From NCBI GenBank assembly GCA_016748015.1, contig JAAOMT010000718.1, positions 558,001 through 622,000 of the forward strand: 64,000 nt of DNA, read 5' to 3'. This document shows, piece after piece, positions 53,161 through 64,000 of this stretch. The translations under genes and the position numbers were made by a program. The notes under the pieces are model-generated. The model had not been told where the DNA came from. It saw nothing but the letters and a program-made list of their open reading frames with translations, and made no database searches. Every line of letters begins with the position of its first letter. Position 1 is the stretch's first letter. The DNA comes from Geosiphon pyriformis uo1 (taxonomy: Eukaryota; Fungi; Glomeromycota).

Positions 53161-54034
53161 GGTTTTTTTTCTAAGGAATTAATTAATAACTTTATTGTGG
53201 ACGCCAGGGGAGACAGCGGTGACCAAAGGCTCAAATGAAAAAAATATTGGATCTCTCGTACAAGCGAAATCGATAAAAAAAATTCTATTTGTGACTTCCA
53301 ATTTTATATTGGAAGCTAGATCATCTGGTATTAGAATCTATAAGAATCATCATCACTAATCATTCCACCTATCATTTTTTTTATAATCCAAAGATAAGTT
53401 AAACTAATATGGCGTTGAACACACAGACACAAAATTTTTCACTGTTTGCTAAGCAATTGATTGATGCATCGCTGTCTCATAGAATCGATATAAACCCGAC
53501 CAGATTAAGAAAAACGAAGCTTCCTGCACTAATTTTTTGTCTCCTTTGAAATTGATACCTTAAAAAAAACGTTTTTCTTCTAATTGAAAAAATCATCCCA
53601 CCCACACAATCTTAAGTTAACCTTTGAGTGAAACTGTGTTGTATTACTTATCGTCGTTATCTCAAAAAAATAGACCACCCACTCAACCACGACGAAGACA
53701 AATTTTTCCTAAAAAAAAAAACCTTTGATAATAATAGTATTCCTATTGCCAACTAGTTATTCAACCTCAATAGAAACGATTCTTTACTGCTGAGAACTTT
53801 ATTTTCTTGTATCCCCACGCAAACTTCCATCTCGTTCAGAACTAATTAAAAAGCAACAAAAGTACCTCCCTAATTTTCTTGGAGTATAAGTGGGCTATTC
53901 CTTCTCACTAGCTAAGCCTTTTTCAACACCACATTGAGAAATCACACGAAAGGGGCAAAACTGCCATTTGAACTTCCATTAACCCTAATTGCCACACCTC
54001 CTGTAATATAATTTCCGTTCGTCATACTGTTCAA

Positions 54035-56099
54035 ATGGCTAACAGTAATTCACATCAATATGTGCAAGGCTTGCAAGAGCATCAACAACTGCAACACTTA
54101 AAGTAAGTTTTTTTTGGCATTTCTGTTTGGTCGACTTTCTCGAGGATCGTGGGAATTTCCATTTAGGGTACTTGTGTAGGACCAAATTTATTTAGGGTCG
54201 AAATAAAATTTCTTCTAACCAAATCTTTTTGCCAAAATTATTATAGACATGAGAATGATAGCTGGAAAAAAAATCTACGGCTTCCCCCTAAAGATAACCG
54301 GCCGCAAACTGAAGTAAGTGGCTTTATACCCTCTCAACAAAGATATATAATAATCACTAAGTTTTTTAATATTCCTTTTTCTTTGAATCAATTCCATCGT
54401 CTACCAGGATGTCACTGCAACTAAGGGAAACGAATTTGAAGATTACTTTCTTAAACGGGAACTGCTTATGGGTATATTTGAGGCCGGATTTGAAAGACCA
54501 TCACCTATTCAAGAAGAATCTATACCCATCGCACTAACTGGTCGAGATATACTTGCAAGAGCCAAAAATGGCACCGGAAAAACCGCAGCTTTCGTAATTC
54601 CCGCTCTAGAGAAGATCGATGTAAAAAAATCAAAAATTCAAGCATTATTGCTAGTTCCAACAAGAGAGCTCGCCCTGCAAACATCACAGGTCTGCAAAAT
54701 GCTTGGAAAGCATATGGGAGTTCAGGTTATGGTGACCACTGGAGGAACTACATTAAAGGACGATATTCTGCGTCTATCTGAAGACGTTCACATTGTTGTC
54801 GGTACACCGGGTCGTATCTTAGATCTTGCTGGAAAAGGCGTGGCCGATTTCAGTGGATGTCCGACATTTGTAATGGACGAAGCCGATAAATTATTGAGTC
54901 CCGAATTCTCGCCTATTGTCGAACAGTTGCTGACGTATTTTCCGAAAGACCGGCAGATCATGTTATACAGTGCAACTTTTCCATTAATTGTAAAGAGCTT
55001 CAAAGTACGTCGAATTATTTTTGTCACTTCAATCAAGTTCAATAGCCGCCTACTTTTAATTTAACACTTTCAATTACTATACAGGACAAGTATCTTGTAA
55101 GGCCATATGAAATTAACTTAATGGACGAACTTACGCTTCGTGGGGTCACTCAATATTACGCATTCGTTGAGGAACGGCAAAAAGTACATTGTCTAAATAC
55201 ATTATTCTCAAAGGTATTTTAGATTTTCGTTGCTTAAAGTTCAATAGGTCGATTATTTCTATGCAATATTTGCTAAACAGAGGTTTCATATTTTCAGCTC
55301 CAAATAAATCAATCAATAATTTTCTGCAATTCGACAAATCGTGTCGAATTACTTGCCAAAAAGATAACTGAACTCGGTTACTCATGTTTTTATAGTCATG
55401 CCAAGATGTTGCAGAGCCATCGTAATCGCGTGTTCCATGATTTCAGAAACGGTGTTTGTCGTAATTTGGTCTGTTCTGGTAAGCTAAATTTATCTATTTA
55501 GATGGCTTATTGTTTTATACGCATTTTCGTTAATCATCCTATTAAAATCATTCCCATTAATTTATGTAATAGATCTTTTGACCCGCGGTATCGATATTCA
55601 AGCCGTCAATGTTGTCATCAATTTTGATTTCCCTAAAAATGCCGAAACATACCTTCACCGTATTGGTCGGTCCGGTCGATTCGGTCATCTTGGGCTCGCA
55701 ATTAATCTTATTACATACGAAGATAGATTCAATCTTTACAAAATCGAACAAGAGCTTGGCACTGAAATCCAACCTATCCCTCCAGTCATTGATAAACGCT
55801 TGTATGTTGCCCCAAGCTCTCTTGATGAAGCCCAACATCATCAACATTATCAAAATCAAAATCAACATCAGCAACATCAGCAACATCAGCAACATCAACA
55901 ACATCAACAACATCAACAAATTCAACATCAACAAATCCAACATCAACAAATCCAACATCAGCATCAGCATCAGCATCAACAGATTCAGCAGAATAATCAA
56001 CCAAGCCGCAACCAAAATTCGCGTCATCCCGTTGGCGGTGTAGTTAGAAACCCTAATGCTGGACGTTCAGGTGGATTAGGTGTCAAGGCTGCCTCTTAA
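54035..56099 (+). CDS. DHH1: DEAD-box RNA helicase Dhh1/DDX6; 6 exons
   Basis: [64 protein letters not shown]. Confidence 0.97.
55833..55990 (+). repeat. CAN-codon repeat encoding a Q/H(/I)-rich tract in Dhh1
   Basis: QHQQHQQHQ and QIQHQ units directly visible. Confidence 0.9.
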
Positions 56100-57270
56100 C
56101 CAATCAAATTCAAATATGTTGGATGAAATACGGCTCTAGTTTAACTAGCAAAAATTATAATTCAATTCTTAAACTGAAAATAATAAAAATCAATTTTAGA
56201 ATCAAGAACTTTTCCATTGCAAAACTTTTTATTCGTCTTTTTCTTATAATTTTTTGCTTCGCTTTTTCCGAGTAAAAGCAAAAACTTGTAGATTTATTTT
56301 TCCCTTTCCCATCATTTTTTCATTCATCACTCAATACTGCAAATCCAAGCACCATAACAAAGAACATTTATACAATTCAGCTTCTTGGGTTACGTGAATT
56401 TCGTTATATGGGACTTCTCATTTGTTTGTATCTAATGTAATTTTTTTTTACCTCCCTTTTCTGTTCCGTCAGCCCTTTTCTCCTGTTCTTTTCAAGGATC
56501 TGAATTTTCCTTCATATCAGATCGTAATGTGAGGGATTCTGAAGCTTCCAAACGATGGCATATCTCCAACTTCTCTTGGTTACAACATATGTATAAAAAA
56601 TTAAAATCCCTATCATTATTCCTTATACCTCTTTCCTCATTTCCATTTGTAGCAGTTATCTTTTGTGGTTCCGAGCATTAAGAATCTATAACTTAAAGAG
56701 ACTCAACTTGAACTTAGACACCTTATGTTTACATCAGTGAGACTCCAGACTTTTATGAAATTGGGTAATTGTCCGTTCCCCAATACAAATAGTTGTAGAG
56801 ATCATAACCTATTCGATCATTACCTTTTTCTTTCCCTCTCAAAATTACATACAACTTGAATAAGTTTATTGTTTTAATCTCGCACTCCTTACTCTCCATA
56901 ACAAGTTTCCCTCCTACTGTCACAATCCCTTTTCAACCTGTCTCTTTACTCTTCACTCTTCGTTCGTAAGATACTTGGTCATTATGTTTATAAAGTGAAT
57001 ATCCGTTGTGCTAGCCGGCTTATTTTATAAACTGTACACAATCTTGTTTTATTAATCCGCATGGTGGGTTAGATGTATCCTGAAAGAAATGGCTGTAGTC
57101 GCTCATTCATGTCAAATTAGTCAGCACACCATTTTCAATTCCGGATGAGCTCCCCTAAACTTTTTATTCGCGTTCTAATAAAAAGACATCTCGGCCTTTA
57201 TTTAAGGTGTGAAACGTATCGTTATGACGATGAAAATATTTCAGGCCATGGTGTTTCTTTTGAGAGTATT

Positions 57271-58893
<1,623 letters not shown>

Positions 58894-59913
58894 GATCAAA
58901 AATTCGAGATGCAAAAGTTTCTCAAAACAGTGATTGTGTATCAACTTATATGAAAAATGAAATCATAATGAGATATCTATGCATTGATCCCACCGGCCTG
59001 AATTTTGATTTTTCCCAATTTTGATATAATGATACGGTTTTTTTATTAGCGTAAGTGCGTACATTGAAACTTTAAATTTTTGTCATTTAAATTTATGAAG
59101 ATATTTTGGAATTCATATTCTATAAAAATGTTTGACTTGAGCTAAAAATATACTCTTCCTCAACAATAATAAATAGACATTTTTAGTATTAGTATTGATT
59201 TTAGAAATACAATGTTTAACTCTAGCTAAACTAAATAGAGTAAAAATAATAAAATCGTTTAACAGCTAGAATAATACTAACAATATAAGGTTAAAGGGAT
59301 TGTGCGAAGAAAGTATTATGGGAAAGTTAGCAAAATAAATTCGCGTGCGAAAATAAGACGCGTGAAAGTATGCCATTTTCTCACTTGAACAAATGGGCAT
59401 TTTTTATTAAATTCGCCAAAATGCCCCCTTTTTACCTAAAGTTTGATTATAACAAAACATTTAATTATCTCTTTTTTAACCTCAATTGGTTTGTTTATTT
59501 AATAAAATAAGTTTATATTTTTCAAAGATTAAAACATTATTATTGAAATAAAATAAATAATCAAAATTCATATATATACAGTATGTAAAAAAAATTTGAA
59601 GGTGAATTTTTTATTTTAATACAATGATAATTATTCAAATTAAATAAATTTAAATATACATTCTTTATTTAAAAATGCTTTTTAAAAATGTAAAAAAATG
59701 CTCAAAGATATTCAATTATAAAAATTTAAATTTTAATAATATGAACTTTTTGTAATTGACTTTTAAAAATATAAAAAATTTTAATAAATAATCTTAAGTA
59801 AATTTATTTTTAAATGTTAAAATATTTGATTCTTATAAAAACCTGAATGCTAAAATCAAAAAAACTAATACTTTAAAAAAGTATTATATTTGATAAAAAA
59901 TTTTTTTTTCAGT

Positions 59914-62900
59914 GAAACTTCTTTCTTTCCTTCGTCCCAAATTCTTAAAAAAGAGTCAAAATTTTGAAAGAAGTTTTTCTGTTTTTTATATACTGTCTTC
60001 CACTATTTCACAAGAAACAAACCCTTTCGTTGTCAGTCCAGCTGCCACTATAAGTGGCTCTAGTGTTAAAAGAAGGTCAGCCAGAGTTTCGACCACTGGT
60101 TCGGTTGGTGGTGGTTCAGGTCATAAATTTAAGAAACCTCCTGGTGGTGCTAAGCTCTCAAATAGTGGTACAACTCTCGAACGTGGTGGGTCTGGTTGTA
60201 TGGTCGGGCAGTTTAATGGCATGGATACTGATGGAGAAGTTTCTGAAGGTGAAGAAGTACCTGATTCCAAGATAAATACGTTTTAAGCCAAGCATTTCAA
60301 TAATGGTGTGATTGTTGGCTCCTCTCTCAGCTCTATTAATTATGACATGGAGAAAGAAGAGAAAGTTTCCCTTCCCCCTCATAAGTCTTTTTCTTTGGAT
60401 AAGGTGTGGGTGGATCCCAAAATCATTAAAACTCAAGTGGAAGTGGCCGTGAAAAAATTATTTACTTTGGACATTAATCTTTTGGCTGTAGAAAAAAAAT
60501 CAGCAATGGCCAAAACTCAGGTTATAAGGAAATTATTTTCAGAAATCAATGGTTTTGGGGGGGGCCACTACCCTCTCAAAATTTGAAGGGATCATCCGAT
60601 CTACATTTACTTCATCTGAAAGCATGGAAAAGGCCATGTCATTGGCCAGAGGAAATAACATCGTAGTAAACAGTGATCTTAAGAAACAAGGAGTTCACTC
60701 AGATCAGGCCATAGTCATCAAGGAAATTCCCATGAATACGTCAAAAGAAATGATTGTCACCACAGTATCTGAATTTGGTCAAGTGGTGTCAATCCGATTG
60801 TAACTCATTGGGCTGTGGCAGAAGGCTGTGGTGGAGTTTGCCGAATCAAGTCAGGCAGATCAGTTGGCTGCTAAGTAGTCATTCTTAATCAGGAAAGATT
60901 CAGTGCATGTGGCCAAAGCTGTAGAAGATCATAAGACATGGGCATCTAGAGATTAGTATAAGGCGCTTTTGTTTATTTTGCCAGTAGAAACAACAGCTCA
61001 TGATCTTGGTGATCTTCTGGCAGATGCTGGTGGAAAAACTTGTATCATAAATCGATTATTGAACACTGGTAATAGAGTTTGTTGTGCTGTTGTTTGTTTT
61101 GAAAATGACAAAGCATTGGAGTCTGTATTTTGTACAAAGCCTATTTTTGGTGGGGTGAAACTTTCTTGGGTTAGATTAGACCTGATTTGGTGTGATAGGT
61201 GTGGGAAACTTGGTTATTCAGTTTTAGAGTGTGATGATGAGAGTATTTCCGTTCCCAAGCCTCTGAAACCATTTATAAAGTGGGTCGCTTCAGATGAGAA
61301 TCGCCTCCAACTAGCCAAGTTGTACGCGAAAAAGAGTGTTCCCATTTCTTGCCCAGCTGCCTTTGGCGGTAAATCATGGGCTCAGGTCATTTCTTCTGTG
61401 TTTGTGTCTTCTGGTCTTTTTACTGGCTCGGGTTTGAGTCTCTTTTTCTCTAATGGTCCAGGCTCTGGTAGTTTGCCTCCTCCTACTTTCGCTCTTGACT
61501 CTGCTTTGGATGGACAATTGTTGTTTTTGGAATGATCTTTGGGGCTCCTGTTAGACCAAGTGTCATGTACAATAAAACGATTAGATAGTGCCAAGTTGGT
61601 GCCTTTGGCACCTGTTTCGGATGAATTCCTTACTGTGTCTGACTCTTAATCTCTTGCTTTGGTTCTGTCTGTGGTTGCATTTTCGAATTCCCTTTCTGAT
61701 ATGGTCTTGGATGATCCTGATGGTCTTTCTGATACTCCCCTTTCCACTGCTACTGACAGTCTGATTCTTGGTGTAAGCAGCTCTAAAGTCCTAACTTCCA
61801 AGTTGGGCGGTCTCGAATCTAAATTTGTAGCTCTGGAGGTGTCGGTGAATTCCATTTTGGTGAGATTAGATCAGTTGTTTGCTGGCTTGGTGTCATCATT
61901 GTCTCTCAATCCTCAATGACCAGTTTTGTGTAGAAAATAGCTACATGCAATGTTAAAGAGATGAACAATCCTGCTAAGCAAGCCAACATTATTTGTTGGC
62001 ATATGAGCATGAACAATATGGTTTCAATAGTTACAGAAACAAAGTTGAAAAGTAAAGTTCATCTGTGGATTGCTAATAGGTTTGCTGGTATTCGAGTTTT
62101 CATTTCTGATTTGGATTCGGGTCATCTTGGTTTAGGTGTGGCTATTGTTATGGATACTGCTTTGGCCAGACATATATGTAAAGTCTCCGAAGTCTCTGGC
62201 CATCTTCTTTCTGTCAGGTTACTTTTTAAGAATAAACTCTTGGTTTCTATTTTGGGTCTGTATGTTGGCGCGTCGGCTTTGGTGCATTTCTCTTAGGCTG
62301 ATGATGTGAATGCTTTGATTGCTAGGGCTGTAAATGAATCCTCCTTCGTAGTCTTGGGTGGTGACTTCAATGAAGATGGTTTGCATAAAAGTGCCAGTTT
62401 CAAAAAATGTAGTAGCTTGGGTCTGGTCAACTCTCTTGTCGGTAGTCAGTTTTTAAAGGTTCCAACATGGAGTAATTCCCGAGGTGTAACAAAGACAATT
62501 GATTATCTTTTTGTGTCTCCCAGCTTGATCAATGCTATTGTGGGTTGTGATATTCTGGATGTGGTTGATTTCTTTGATACTGACCACTGAGCCATCTCAG
62601 CGTCAATTGGTTTGGATGGTCTTTTGGACACATGTTTGTGTTCTGTCTGCAAGCAGGCCAATAAAGATTGTTGGAAATACAATTTCAAGAATGCTAATGT
62701 TGTCTTATAATTGAAATTCAAAAGATGTCACAGCAGTGAATGCTGCCATGTTCTCTGATAATTTCATGGCTGCCAGACAACTGTCAGATTTGGATGTGAT
62801 ATGGGATGCTGTTCACAAGACAATGTGCTTTTCGGCGGATAAAGTTTTCAAGAAGAATTGGTTTAAGGATTATGACGGCATTTTTACCAAGAGTTCATCC

Positions 62901-64000
62901 AGGTTCCACAAGTTAGAACTTTTAATGTTCAAATTGGTCAAGGCATTTTGTTTTGTTGATTATAATGGGTTTATATCACTGCTCGATACTTGGGTTTCAC
63001 TTGATTCTTTTAATGCTGCTGTAGTAAGGTCTCTTTTTCTTTCAGAGTCTCCTTTTGACGTCATTCGTTCAGCTCTGTCCAAAGCCAGGAAATTTTATTG
63101 TGCCTCGAAGTTGTCAGAATCGAAACGTGTTGAAGACTCACAAATCAGATCTGCCATTGATAAGAGGATGGAAAGCTTTGAATTCACCAAGGGTCATACT
63201 ATTAGAAGTGTCTTGGAAAGACCCTTTTGTAGGGTGGTTTTAGATCATTTGGTCATTGGTAATGAGCTATATTTGGAACCTGATCCTGTTAAAACTAAGA
63301 TAGATGAGATTATAAAGGGGTGGACTCATAAATGTGAAGTGGTTCTTGATATTCCAAGAGATTGGTCTTGCCAATATTAGCCTTTGGAATACGTTTTTAA
63401 TGGTGCTTTTTCAAATGTTATGAGCTGTGTTAGCTTTGTTGAAATGTTTAACGTGGTCTCTAGTTTACCTAATGGAAAGGCTGCTGGTCTCTCAGGCATC
63501 TTCAATGAACTTTGAAAGCATTGTGACAAATCTGTTCTTGATATGCTCTTGGTGCTTATTAATTCTTGTCTCTGTGGTGAATCAGTGCCCGGTGCTTGGA
63601 AGGATGCCTGGGTATCAATGATTCCCAAATCTTATGAATGGGAGGGCATGCTTACGAACACTCATCCTATTGCTTTGATTGAAACAGCTCAGAAAATCCT
63701 TTCCAAGATTTTCTCTGATAGAATCTTTTTGGCATATAGCAAGTTTAACATTCTTTGTGAGGACAATTTTTCAGTTCTCAAAGGCACTATGACTCAGTCT
63801 CCCATTTTTGCAATTGGTTTGGTAATTGAGAATGCCCTTGAAAAAAACCGGGAGCTCTGGCTGGTTTTGCAAGACATGAGAAAAGCATATGACTTGGTTG
63901 GTTGGGAACATCTTAAGAAAAGTTTGGTTAGAATAAAGATGTGCAGCAAATTTATTAGGTTTTTTGGGAATATTCATGGTGGTCGTACCAACTGGGTGAT
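59914..64000 (+). mobile_element. LINE copy 4 (ORF1, APE, RT start), runs off window
   Basis: 5' UTR GAAACTTCTTTCT..; ORF1 fragments with CDRCGKLGYSVLEC; APE MNNPAKQ..GGDFN..TIDY..TDH; RT HPIALIE, QDMRKAYD. Confidence 0.94.

Noticed and set aside
53286-53298. Homol-D-like TGTGACT upstream of RPS20
   Set aside because: Single 7/8 match; not distinguishable from chance without other ribosomal protein promoters.
53409-53549. 46-codon ORF between RPS20 and DHH1
   Set aside because: Short, no motifs or homology I can recognise.
55557-56043. L/M-, V/D- and N/I-rich ORFs over the DHH1 3' end
   Set aside because: Alternative-frame readings of the CAN repeat.
59290-59440. TTAAAGGG as a Kolobok-like transposon end
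   Set aside because: No matching opposite terminus in the window; intact CpGs (ACGCGT, TCGCGTGCGA) fit a promoter better.

Overview
Eukaryotic (fungal) DNA. Intron style, gene content and retroelement ORFs suggest an early-diverging fungus of the Glomeromycotina/Mucoromycota type; the TE proteins resemble those I associate with Geosiphon pyriformis, which is inference only. The window has two compartments. (1) 1-38.7 kb and 59.9-64 kb are a nested transposon graveyard: a full-length Ty3/Gypsy element with an extra ORF and two solo-LTR insertions, a non-autonomous hAT element carrying a full-length RNase H-bearing LINE, three more copies of that LINE family, a dUTPase-bearing Gypsy with its own solo-LTR insertion, and extremely AT-rich relic tracts. 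These repeats are CpG-depleted and decaying by C>T/G>A transitions. (2) 38.9-58.9 kb is a compact, CpG-retaining island of seven intron-containing housekeeping genes: MRS3/4, KGD2, MDM12, APC1, RPS20, DHH1 and a PTS1-bearing PECR-like SDR. Most notable: all five LTR insertion sites are compatible with a CpG-centred 4-bp target (directly supported for three); an unexplained accessory ORF lies next to tandem-array LTRs; there is RIP-like transition hypermutation; and the SDR gene has both a 6-nt microexon and a U12-type intron. Coordinates were counted by eye and element edges may be off by a few bases.
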